A DNA stretch of 33,519 bases from an uncultured Clostridium sp. (GTDB taxonomy: Bacteria; Bacillota; Clostridia; TANB77; CAG-508): positions 1-33,519 of the forward strand of contig CAMCHB010000002.1 of assembly GCA_945874585.1 (NCBI GenBank). The letters run 5' to 3'. The translations under genes and the position numbers were made by a program. This document shows positions 7,776 to 16,321 of this stretch, piece after piece; the stretch's first letter is position 1, and every line of letters begins with the position of its first letter. The notes beneath the pieces are model-generated. The model was not told the DNA's origin, searched no databases, and was given only the letters and a program-made list of their open reading frames with translations.

Positions 7776-10070
7776 TTATACTTCCTTATTTGTTTTTTCA
7801 AATTTTAATGTTCCATTTTTTTTCGTAATAGAAACGGTATCTCCATTTGTAATTTCATTTTTTAGTAAACGGTCGGCAATTTCATCTTCAATATATCTTT
7901 GAATTGCCCTTCTAAGAGGTCTAGCTCCATATTTTAAATCAGTTCCTTTTTCCAAAACAAGCTGTTTAGCATCTTTTGAAATTTGAATGTTAATATGTTT
8001 ATCGTGCAGAGCAGATTTAGTTTCTTCTAACATAAGATCAATAATTTGAAGAAGTTGTTTTTGGTTCAATGGATCAAAAACAATGATTTCATCCACACGA
8101 TTTAAAAATTCGGGTCTAAAATATTCTTTTAAAGAATCCATGGTACGATATTTTTTATCTTCACTTGAATGAAAACCAATGGAATTGGTATTGCTATTGG
8201 AACCAGCATTTGATGTCATAATAATAATGGTATTAGCAAAGCTAACCGTATTACCTTGTGAATCGGTTAATTTTCCATCATCTAAAACTTGTAATAATAA
8301 ATTGAAAACATCAGGATGTGCTTTTTCAATTTCATCTAATAAAATAATAGAATACGGATTTCTTTTGACCTTTTCTGTTAATTGACCAGCATCATCGTAG
8401 CCTACATAACCTGGAGGAGAACCAATCATTTTAGCTACAGAGTGACTTTCCATGTATTCAGACATGTCAAATCGGATAATGGCATCTTCATTTCCAAACA
8501 TCTCAAATGCAAGTGCTTTAGCCAATGCTGTTTTACCAACACCAGTTGGACCAACAAAAATAAATGATGGTGGTCTTTTGGCACTTTGTAAACCAACACG
8601 GTTACGACGAATGGTTCTAGCAACAGCACTAACAGCTTCATCTTGTCCAATGATTTTGTGATGTAAGTTTTGTTCCAAATTCAAAAGTTTTTGTGTTTCA
8701 GCTTCAGTAATTTTCTTTACTGGAATTTTGGTCATGTGTTCAATGACATCGGCAATATCAGCAACGGTTAATTCTTGGATTTTTAAATGAGCATTTAATT
8801 CATCCATACGTGCTTTTATATTGCATTCCTTGGTTTTTAAATCAGCCGCTTTTTTATAATTCTCGATTGAGTCAGTAGAAACAGCATCTTCTTTTTCTGT
8901 TTCAATTTGGGCCAATTCGTTCTTTAACAATTCCAATTCATATAAATCTTTGTTGTTTAAATTGATGCGTGAACAAGCTTCATCCAAAACATCAATGGCC
9001 TTATCTGGTAAGAAACGGTCGTGGATATATTTTTCGGACATAGTAACTGTTTTTTCGATAACATCATTGGAAATTTTGACTTTATGATAATCTTCGTAAT
9101 ATTTTTTGATACCTTTCATAATTTCAATGGTGTCTTCTACACTTGGTTCTTCAACCAAAACAGGTTGAAATCTTCTTTCCAATGCAGAATCTTTTTCAAT
9201 GTATTTACGATATTCTTTCAAAGTAGTGGTCCCAATTAGTTGAACCTCACCACTAGAAAGAGAAGGTTTTAAAATATTGGCTGCATTCATAGAATGTTCG
9301 GCATCACCAGCTCCTATGATATTGTGAATTTCGTCAATGACCAAAATGATATTTTTGCAAGCTTTGCATTCATCAATAATGGATTTCATACGAGATTCAA
9401 ATTGACCACGAAACTGTGTGCCAGCTAAGATGGCAGTCATATCAAGTAAATAAACTTCTTTGTTTAATAATTTAGCTGGAACTTGTTTTTCCGCTATTTT
9501 AATGGCTAAACCTTGGGCAATGGCTGTTTTACCAACACCTGGTTCACCAATCAAACAAGGATTGTTTTTCAAACGTCGGTTTAAAATTTGAATGACTCTT
9601 TCAATTTCCTGTGAGCGGCCAATGACTTGATCCAATTCACCATGTTTTGCCTTATTGGTTAAATTGGTACCATAAGTGTCAAGAAATTTTTTCTTTTTTT
9701 CCTTGTTTTTTTTATCTACTTTTACGCGCTTTTGAGAAGAAGTATCAGTTTCTTCATCAGAAGAATTGGCAAACATATTGGAAAAGATAGAGCCAAGAGA
9801 ATTATCATTACCTGCCATATTTTCATTGATTTCATCTAAATTTACATTGTTCGATAAATCTTTGAAAATAGTTTCAAATTGTTGTGACATATTTTCTAAG
9901 TCGGCGTCTGATAAATTCGCTTGTTTGGCTAATACATCTAAAGGGTTAATTCCTTTTTTCTTAGCACAATCATAGCATAAACCTTCCAGTTGAGTTTTAT
10001 TATCTTTAACTGTGTTAATAAAAATAACAGCAGTATTTTTTTTACAGATTGAACATAACATATATTTCAT
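7776..10070 (-). CDS. clpE: Class III Hsp100/Clp ATPase with N-terminal zinc ribbon (ClpE-type)
   Basis: Two AAA+ modules (Walker A GEPGVGKTAI and GPTGVGKTAL), a middle coiled coil and a ClpP-docking IGF loop (NSIGFHS). The N-terminus is C-x2-C-x22-C-x2-C (CSICKK...CYDCAKK) instead of Clp_N repeats, the same Cys spacing as B. subtilis ClpE. Confidence 0.8.
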   Translation of the reverse strand: MKYMLCSICKKNTAVIFINTVKDNKTQLEGLCYDCAKKKGINPLDVLAKQANLSDADLENMSQQFETIFKDLSNNVNLDEINENMAGNDNSLGSIFSNMFANSSDEETDTSSQKRVKVDKKNKEKKKKFLDTYGTNLTNKAKHGELDQVIGRSQEIERVIQILNRRLKNNPCLIGEPGVGKTAIAQGLAIKIAEKQVPAKLLNKEVYLLDMTAILAGTQFRGQFESRMKSIIDECKACKNIILVIDEIHNIIGAGDAEHSMNAANILKPSLSSGEVQLIGTTTLKEYRKYIEKDSALERRFQPVLVEEPSVEDTIEIMKGIKKYYEDYHKVKISNDVIEKTVTMSEKYIHDRFLPDKAIDVLDEACSRINLNNKDLYELELLKNELAQIETEKEDAVSTDSIENYKKAADLKTKECNIKARMDELNAHLKIQELTVADIADVIEHMTKIPVKKITEAETQKLLNLEQNLHHKIIGQDEAVSAVARTIRRNRVGLQSAKRPPSFIFVGPTGVGKTALAKALAFEMFGNEDAIIRFDMSEYMESHSVAKMIGSPPGYVGYDDAGQLTEKVKRNPYSIILLDEIEKAHPDVFNLLLQVLDDGKLTDSQGNTVSFANTIIIMTSNAGSNSNTNSIGFHSSEDKKYRTMDSLKEYFRPEFLNRVDEIIVFDPLNQKQLLQIIDLMLEETKSALHDKHINIQISKDAKQLVLEKGTDLKYGARPLRRAIQRYIEDEIADRLLKNEITNGDTVSITKKNGTLKFEKTNKEV

Positions 10071-10099
10071 ACGCTCCTTTATGATATACCTATTTATTT

Positions 10100-10128
10100 A
10101 TCATACAAAAAAAACGGCGTATAGTCAA
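10100..10128 (-). promoter_or_regulatory. Sigma-A-type promoter of clpE
   Basis: Minus strand reads TTGACT (10128-10123), 17-nt spacer, TATGAT (10105-10100), about 30 nt upstream of AAAGGAGCGT-ATG. Confidence 0.55.
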
Positions 10129-10235
10129 TCAAAATACGTGAAAATTGTGTGAAATTTTACGAAAATAACATAAAATAGAAAGAGAACTGTTCTAAGATTA
10201 TAACATCTGGCATAAATATGAAAAAAAAGCGAAAT

Positions 10236-10264
10236 TTGACAAGATGAAAAAGACATAGTATAAT
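10236..10264 (+). promoter_or_regulatory. Consensus sigma-A promoter of the G5/3D-domain gene
   Basis: TTGACA (10236-10241), exactly 17 nt, TATAAT (10259-10264). Confidence 0.75.
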
Positions 10265-10298
10265 AACGTTGTCTTTAAAAGGAGGGATAAAACCTTAT

Positions 10299-11297
10299 AT
10301 GAAGAAAGAAGAAAAAGCGTCTATATCTGCGGTAAAGATTATAGTAATAAGTCTTGTATTTATACTGTTTTCTGGAATTGGAGTTATGGCTGTTAATTCA
10401 CAAATTATGAATGTTAAGGTACAATTTCCAAACAATTATGAATTGAGTATTTTAACAACAAAAACAAAAGTAGGAGATATCTTAAAAGACAATCATATAA
10501 CGGTAGGGGAAGAAGAAGCAATTGAACCAGCTTTAGATGAAGATGTCGGAGAAGACAAAACGATCCGCATCACAAAAAGCTTTGAAGAAACAGATGATAC
10601 ACAAGCAATTGCAGCATTAAGCACAAAAGATGTGGAAAAAGATTATGCTACCGTTGTGGAAAAGATTGAAACCATGGAAGTGGAAATACCTTACGAAACC
10701 ATTACCAAGGATGTCAGTGGTAGTGATGAGAAAAATGCACAAACTAAGGTAATTCAAGAAGGCGAAAATGGCTTAAAACAAGTCGTTTACAAAATAACAT
10801 ATAAAGACAATATTGAAATCGATCGATTAGAGATGAGTTCTACCATCCTAAAGGAACCTGTTAACAAAATCGTTCAGATCAATAAAAAAGTAACGATATC
10901 AAGAGCAAGCACAGCAGAAAGAATGGCTACAAGTCCTGCCAAATCTGCGACATCATCTTTAGCTAAAAAAGTAGAAAATAAAACACCACAGGTTAAAACC
11001 TTAAATGCATCTGCTTATACAGCATCTACTTGCGGAAAATCAAGTTCAGATAAAGGCTATGGTAAAACAGCTTCTGGTAAGATTGCACAATCATGGTACA
11101 CCGTTGCTGCTGGATCTGGTTATCCAATTGGAACCATTATCTATATTCCATACTTTAAGGATAAACCAAATGGTGGATGGTTTGTTGTACAAGATAGAGG
11201 ATCTGCTATTTCCAATAACCGTGTAGATATTTATATGGACAGTTATGGTGATTGCAAAAAATTTGGACGTAGAAACTTAGAATGTTATATTTATTAA
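10299..11297 (+). CDS. DUF348-G5-3D domain cell-wall protein (YabE/RpfB-like)
   Basis: ATG 10299 lies downstream of GGAGGG; the ORF-track TTG 10269 has no SD. N-terminal TM segment. DUF348-like segment (KVGDILKDNHITVGEEE), G5-like segment (KVIQEGENGLKQVVYKITYKDN) and C-terminal 3D domain (TASG..VAAG..PIGT..VVQDRGSAI..NRVDIYMDS). Confidence 0.8.
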   Translation: MKKEEKASISAVKIIVISLVFILFSGIGVMAVNSQIMNVKVQFPNNYELSILTTKTKVGDILKDNHITVGEEEAIEPALDEDVGEDKTIRITKSFEETDDTQAIAALSTKDVEKDYATVVEKIETMEVEIPYETITKDVSGSDEKNAQTKVIQEGENGLKQVVYKITYKDNIEIDRLEMSSTILKEPVNKIVQINKKVTISRASTAERMATSPAKSATSSLAKKVENKTPQVKTLNASAYTASTCGKSSSDKGYGKTASGKIAQSWYTVAAGSGYPIGTIIYIPYFKDKPNGGWFVVQDRGSAISNNRVDIYMDSYGDCKKFGRRNLECYIY

Positions 11298-11333
11298 GAC
11301 AAAAAGAAAGAGCTATTGCTCTTTCTTTTTGTC
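11298..11333 (+). terminator. Intrinsic terminator after the G5/3D gene
   Basis: GACAAAAAGAAAGAGC-tatt-GCTCTTTCTTTTTGTC forms a perfect 16-bp stem directly after the stop codon. Confidence 0.8.
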
Positions 11334-11394
11334 CTCATTTGAAAAAATTGTCAAAATATGACAGACGAATCTAACAAAAATTAGCCAAATTCAA

Positions 11395-11423
11395 TTGACA
11401 GAAAAAGAAAAATTTGTTACACT
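11395..11423 (+). promoter_or_regulatory. Possible promoter of comM-dprA-yraN
   Basis: TTGACA (11395-11400), 17-nt spacer, TACACT (11418-11423). The -10 matches only 4 of 6 positions. Confidence 0.4.
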
Positions 11424-11506
11424 TAGAAAAATTTTTATTTCTATATTTTTTGATTCAAAAAAATATTCCCACAAAATTAAAAAATCAAATAAAAAAGGAG
11501 GATACC

Positions 11507-13054
11507 TTGTTAGCAAATGTAAAGAGTATGGCTTTGCACGGTCTAGATGGGTATTTGGTAAATGTCCAAGTCGATATTTCTGGTGGATTGCCTGGTTGGG
11601 AAATTGTTGGACTTCCAGATGCGGGTATTCGAGAGTCCAAAGAAAGAATTCGAATTGCGATTCGAAATTCAGAAATTGCTATACCTAGTCGAAAAATTAC
11701 AGTTAATTTGGCACCAGCTAGTACCAAAAAAGAAGGTTCATTTTTTGATTTGCCAATTGCTATTGGAGTTTTACAATCCATAGGTACAATACAAAATGAA
11801 GAAATTTCATCTACCGTATTTTTAGGAGAACTTTCTTTGGATGGACATATCACCAAAATTCATGGCGTTTTACCCATGTGCATTGAAGCCAAAAAATTAG
11901 GCATGAAACGTGTCATGGTACCAAAAGAAAATGCAGAAGAAGCAGCAATTGTAGATGAACTGGAAGTGATACCAGTTGCACATCTTCAGCAAGCAATTGC
12001 TTATTTAAATGGCCAAATTGTCATTCCAAGAGCCAGAGTAAATCCAGAAATATGGCAAGAAAAAAAGCAAGAAGAAACCGAGGATTTTTCTGAAATTAAA
12101 GGACAAAATCAAATCAAAAGAGCCTTAGAAATAGCAGCTGCTGGGTCTCATAATATTTTATTGATTGGTAGTCCAGGATCTGGTAAAACCATGATGGCTA
12201 GAAGGCTTCCAACCATTTTACCAGATATGAGCTTTGAAGAAGCATTAGAGGTTACCAAAATTCATAGCATTGCTGGTTTATTGGATCAGCAAGCCATGAT
12301 TCGACAGCGACCTTTTCGTTCACCTCATCATACGGTATCTGGTGTTTCCCTAGTGGGTGGTGGAAAAATACCAAAACCTGGGGAGATTAGTTTAGCTCAT
12401 TATGGCATTTTATTTTTAGATGAGCTAACCGAATTTAATAAGCATACCCTAGAAGTGCTACGTGTTCCCTTGGAAGATAGAAAAGTTAGTATCAGTCGTG
12501 TTAATGCAACTTTGACCTATCCTTGTAATTTTATGTTAGTTGCTAGCATGAATCCATGTCCTTGTGGTTACTACGGCACCAAGGGACGAGAGTGTCATTG
12601 TAGTGAAACACAGATAAAAAAATACATGGGAAAGATTAGTGGACCATTACTGGATCGATTTGATATACAAATTGAGGTAAAACCTGTGGATTACGATAAG
12701 ATAAAATCCAATCAACCTGCAGAAAAATCTTGTAAAATAAAAGAACGTGTGAATCAAGCTAGAAAAAGACAATTGGAACGTTACCAACCCTATTCCATTT
12801 TCTCCAATGCAGAATTAACACCAAAATTGATGGAGCAGTATTGCCAATTAGATGCAAGTTCTCAAAAATTATTAGAGATTTCCTATGAAAAATTGGGCTT
12901 AAGTGCACGTGCTTATGCCAAAATTTTAAAAGTTGCTAGAACCATAGCAGACTTAGAAGGAAAAGAAAATTTGACCAGTGCGCATATTGCAGAGGCAATT
13001 CAATATCGTAATTTGGACCGAAAATATTTTGAAAGAAGGATGGAAAATCTATGA
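11507..13054 (+). CDS. comM: Mg-chelatase-like AAA+ protein YifB/ComM
   Basis: TTG 11507 lies 5 nt after an AAGGAGG SD; the ORF-track start 11414 lacks one. N-terminal Lon-protease-like domain (LDGYLVNVQVDIS..LPSFEIVGLP-type), Walker A GSPGSGKTMMARRLP, Walker B ILFLDEL, Cys cluster CPCGYYG..CHC. Confidence 0.88.
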   Translation: MLANVKSMALHGLDGYLVNVQVDISGGLPGWEIVGLPDAGIRESKERIRIAIRNSEIAIPSRKITVNLAPASTKKEGSFFDLPIAIGVLQSIGTIQNEEISSTVFLGELSLDGHITKIHGVLPMCIEAKKLGMKRVMVPKENAEEAAIVDELEVIPVAHLQQAIAYLNGQIVIPRARVNPEIWQEKKQEETEDFSEIKGQNQIKRALEIAAAGSHNILLIGSPGSGKTMMARRLPTILPDMSFEEALEVTKIHSIAGLLDQQAMIRQRPFRSPHHTVSGVSLVGGGKIPKPGEISLAHYGILFLDELTEFNKHTLEVLRVPLEDRKVSISRVNATLTYPCNFMLVASMNPCPCGYYGTKGRECHCSETQIKKYMGKISGPLLDRFDIQIEVKPVDYDKIKSNQPAEKSCKIKERVNQARKRQLERYQPYSIFSNAELTPKLMEQYCQLDASSQKLLEISYEKLGLSARAYAKILKVARTIADLEGKENLTSAHIAEAIQYRNLDRKYFERRMENL

Positions 13055-13950
13055 AAATCATACAATGGGAAGATACTTGTTATCCAGAATCCTTAAAAGA
13101 AATTGAGTCACCTCCCTCAACTTTGTATTGCCTAGGTAATACAAAGTTGTTAAATAGTCCCAATCTTGCCATAGTGGGCTCCAGAAAGGCAAGTGAATAT
13201 GGAAAAAGACAAGCCTATCAATTTGCTCAGGTTCTTGCCAAATCTGGTATGACAATTGTGAGTGGAATGGCACTGGGGATTGATACGCAGGCCCATTTAG
13301 GTGCCTTAAAAGTAAAGCAGAAAACCATTGCTGTTTTGGGAAGTGGCTTTCACCATATTTATCCACCAGAAAATGAAACATTGTTTTGTGAAATTCTAGA
13401 AAAGGATGGTTTGATTTTAAGCGAATATGAACCAAATCAAATGGTAAAAAGCAGTCATTTTCCTGCTCGTAATCGCATTATTAGTGGCCTTTCGAAAGGG
13501 GTCTTAGTGGTAGAAGCAGCCTATCGAAGTGGTTCTAGTATTACAGCCCAATATGCCAAACAACAAAAGCGAAAACTCTATGCTATCCCGAGCAATATTG
13601 GAAATAAAAACGGTGTAGGAACCGCTCGCTTGATTCGCCAAGGAGCCAAAATTGTTATTTCTCCTCAAGATATACTAGAAGATTTTGATGACCTTTGTAA
13701 AAACAACCCAATCAAATGGTCAAGAGAAAAGAAGGAACCAATCAATCCAATACCTAGAAAAAGAAATGTGCCAGAAGCTTATCAGACCATTTATCAATTA
13801 TTAGAAAAGGAAAACAACACATTAGATGGTTTAGCAATGCGTTTGGAATTATCGGTTTCAGAAATTAGTGCGACCTTAATTTTAATGGAGATTGAAGGCT
13901 ATATTCAAAAAAACAGGCAAGGGGAATACCAAATTCAAGATGGATCGTAG
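13051..13950 (+). CDS. dprA: DNA-processing protein DprA (Smf)
   Basis: ATGA start/stop overlap with comM. Rossmann-like DprA core (LAIVGSRKASEYGK..IVSGMALGIDTQAH..AVLGSG..YP.EN..ARNRIISGLS..VVEA...SGSSITA). TAG stop at 13948-13950. Confidence 0.9.
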   Translation: MKIIQWEDTCYPESLKEIESPPSTLYCLGNTKLLNSPNLAIVGSRKASEYGKRQAYQFAQVLAKSGMTIVSGMALGIDTQAHLGALKVKQKTIAVLGSGFHHIYPPENETLFCEILEKDGLILSEYEPNQMVKSSHFPARNRIISGLSKGVLVVEAAYRSGSSITAQYAKQQKRKLYAIPSNIGNKNGVGTARLIRQGAKIVISPQDILEDFDDLCKNNPIKWSREKKEPINPIPRKRNVPEAYQTIYQLLEKENNTLDGLAMRLELSVSEISATLILMEIEGYIQKNRQGEYQIQDGS

Positions 13951-14293
13951 AAAAAAGTTAGGAAAAATAGGTGAAGAAATAGCGGTGCACTATTTAGAGA
14001 AGAATGGTTATCAGATTATCGAAAGAAATTTTCGTTGCCGAAGAGGTGAAATTGATATCATTGCATGGGGAGAAGATGAAATCGTTTTTGTGGAAGTTAA
14101 AACGAGGACTTCTAAAATATGTGGTAATCCAGCTGAAGCTGTGACCAGACAAAAAAAGAAACATCTTTATCTAACAGCTGAGTATTATATGACGCTTCGA
14201 AAAATAGAAGAATATCCAGTTCGCATGGATGTCATAGAAATTTTATGGGAGCATCATCAATATACGATTCACCACATTCGACAGGTCTATTAA
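13940..14293 (+). CDS. yraN: YraN-family (UPF0102) endonuclease-like protein
   Basis: ATG 13940 (MDRRKKLGKIGEEIAVHYLEKNGYQIIERNFRCRRGEIDIIA..VFVEVKTR) overlaps the dprA end by 11 nt. The ORF-track start 13892 lies inside dprA. Confidence 0.85.
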   Translation: MDRRKKLGKIGEEIAVHYLEKNGYQIIERNFRCRRGEIDIIAWGEDEIVFVEVKTRTSKICGNPAEAVTRQKKKHLYLTAEYYMTLRKIEEYPVRMDVIEILWEHHQYTIHHIRQVY

Positions 14294-14312
14294 AATCAAC
14301 CAAAAAATCAGC

Positions 14313-14341
14313 TTTACAAAATCCTTGTTCTCAAGTATAAT
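14313..14341 (+). promoter_or_regulatory. Sigma-A-type promoter of xth operon
   Basis: TTTACA (14313-14318), 17-nt spacer, TATAAT (14336-14341). Confidence 0.6.
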
Positions 14342-14404
14342 AGGCAAGTAAACAAGAGACAATGAAGAAACAGAAGCAAATCGAAAAAAGAAGGATGATA
14401 AAAT

Positions 14405-15160
14405 ATGAAATTAGTATCTTGGAACGTAAATGGGTTGCGTGCTATTTGGAACAAAGGATTTGAAGATATTTTTTACCAAATAGATGCTGATATTTTTTGC
14501 ATTCAAGAAACCAAAATGCAAGAAGGACAATTAGATGTTGACTTTGAAGGATATGAACAATACTTTAATAGTGCTGTTAAGAAAGGATATTCTGGAACAG
14601 CCGTTTTTACTAAGAAAAAACCAATACAGGTTACCTATGGAATTGGAATCGAAGAACATGACCAAGAAGGAAGAGTTATTACCGCTGAATTTGAAACATT
14701 TTATTTGGTAAATGTCTATACACCTAATTCACAAAGAGAATTAGTTAGATTGTCATACAGGAAAAAATGGGAAGACGATTTTCGTGCCTATGTGAAACAA
14801 TTAGATGAAAAGAAACCTGTGATCATTTGTGGGGATTTAAATGTAGCACATGAAGAAATTGATTTAAAAAATCCAAAAACCAATCATAAAAATGCAGGTT
14901 TTACCGATGATGAGAGAGGAAAAATGACCACTTTACTTCAAAGCGGTTTTGTGGATACATTCCGTTATTTGCATCCAACACAGAAAGAAGCCTATACATG
15001 GTGGTCCTATATGATGAAAGCAAGAGAAAAAAATGTAGGGTGGAGAATCGATTATTTTATCGTATCTGACCGCATCAAAGAACAAATACAAGAGGCTAAA
15101 ATTCTTTCCGATGTTTATGGCAGTGACCATTGCCCGATTGAATTGGATTTAGCCATATAG
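14405..15160 (+). CDS. xth: Exodeoxyribonuclease III (AP endonuclease)
   Basis: [55 protein letters not shown] is the classic ExoIII/EEP motif set. TAG stop. Confidence 0.92.
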   Translation: MKLVSWNVNGLRAIWNKGFEDIFYQIDADIFCIQETKMQEGQLDVDFEGYEQYFNSAVKKGYSGTAVFTKKKPIQVTYGIGIEEHDQEGRVITAEFETFYLVNVYTPNSQRELVRLSYRKKWEDDFRAYVKQLDEKKPVIICGDLNVAHEEIDLKNPKTNHKNAGFTDDERGKMTTLLQSGFVDTFRYLHPTQKEAYTWWSYMMKAREKNVGWRIDYFIVSDRIKEQIQEAKILSDVYGSDHCPIELDLAI

Positions 15161-15171
15161 GAGGGAACAAA

Positions 15172-16311
15172 ATGGAGTCAAAAAGAGGAAAACACTGGTT
15201 TTACTGGTTCACCTTTGCAGTAGCGGTCATTTTTGTATACAAAACATTAGATAGCTGGAAAGCTATTACCGATTGGCTAGGCGGATTTTTTAGTTTGTTA
15301 ATGCCGTTTATTTTAGCAATTTTGGTAGCCTATATCTTTTATTTACCAGCCAAAAAGTTGGAAAATCTCTTTCAAATGGCACCAACCAAATGGGTCCAAA
15401 AGCATGCTCGAACCTTTTCGGTATTAGGTGTGTATCTAGTCGCATTTATTATTCTGGCGGTGATTATCAAATTTTTAGTACCGTCTGTTTCCAAAAGTGT
15501 TATCGAATTGGTTGAAAATTTACCGGGCTATTACCAAAGTGCCACCCAATATTTAAATGAACTACCAGAAGATTCTATTTTAAATAAAGTAGATGTTAAG
15601 GGAATGATTCATAATTTGCAACAAATTGAAGTCAGTCAATTTTTACAAGTTGATAACCTATCTGGTTATGCCAAAGGAGTCATTGGAATTGCCACAGGTA
15701 TTTTCGATTTATTTGTAATGGTTATCGTTTCCATTTATATTTTGCTAGAAAGAAAACAAATCTTGCAATTTGCAAGTAAATTGTCCAGTGCACTTTTCAA
15801 AGGCAAAGCTAACCAAAAAATTCGTAATTATTTTCGTAAGACCAATGAAATTTTTTATCAATTTATTTTTAGTCAAATGCTAGATGCTGTTGTAGTTGGT
15901 ACCTTAATGGCAGTGGCATTATCGATTATGAAAGTAAAATATGGAGTTTTATTAGGTATCATGATTGGTGTTTTCAATATCATTCCATATTTTGGAGCTA
16001 TTATCGCAGTAGTTATTGCTGTTTTGATTACCCTTTTTACAGGTGGCATTCCGCAGGCACTTGCGATGTTGGTCGTGGTGATTGTCTTGCAACAAATTGA
16101 TGCCAATATCATCAATCCAAAAATTGTAGGTAGTACCTTAAAACTAAGTCCGATTTTAATCATATTTGCTGTGACAGTAGGAGGAGCCTATTTTGGAATC
16201 TTAGGTATGTTCTTATCTGTTCCGATTGTTGCTATGCTTAAGATTTTAATCTTAGATTATGTTGAATTAAAAAACATGAGAAATATACAGGAACAAAACC
16301 AGAATGAGTGA
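15172..16311 (+). CDS. AI-2E family (PerM/YhhT-like) membrane transporter
   Basis: 379 aa, about 8 TM segments, with the conserved C-terminal region NIIPYFGAIIA......QQIDANIINPKIVG..L.L.P..IIFA. AGGAGGG SD. Confidence 0.8.
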   Translation: MESKRGKHWFYWFTFAVAVIFVYKTLDSWKAITDWLGGFFSLLMPFILAILVAYIFYLPAKKLENLFQMAPTKWVQKHARTFSVLGVYLVAFIILAVIIKFLVPSVSKSVIELVENLPGYYQSATQYLNELPEDSILNKVDVKGMIHNLQQIEVSQFLQVDNLSGYAKGVIGIATGIFDLFVMVIVSIYILLERKQILQFASKLSSALFKGKANQKIRNYFRKTNEIFYQFIFSQMLDAVVVGTLMAVALSIMKVKYGVLLGIMIGVFNIIPYFGAIIAVVIAVLITLFTGGIPQALAMLVVVIVLQQIDANIINPKIVGSTLKLSPILIIFAVTVGGAYFGILGMFLSVPIVAMLKILILDYVELKNMRNIQEQNQNE

Positions 16312-16321
16312 AAGGAGTAGC

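Noticed and set aside
8179-9975. Several 60-75-aa ORFs antisense to or overlapping clpE, plus similar ones inside smc, comM, dprA, rpoB, rpoC, gdpP and the helicase gene (for example 11485-11856, 13058-13435, 24921-25256, 26826-27161, 29415-29741)
   Set aside because: All are embedded in strongly supported conserved genes. They are low-complexity S/F/L/C-rich translations typical of the antisense strand of AT-rich coding DNA, and none has an SD.
10121-10136. AGTCAATCAAAATACG as a CtsR operator for clpE
   Set aside because: Only the first heptad resembles A/GGTCAAA. The second heptad at the required 10-nt phasing does not match.
14362-14463. 33-aa ORF ([33 protein letters not shown]) upstream of and overlapping the xth start as a leader peptide
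   Set aside because: Its SD is weak (AAGAGA), it overlaps xth out of frame, and its composition is consistent with chance in a purine-rich leader. There is no supporting structure.
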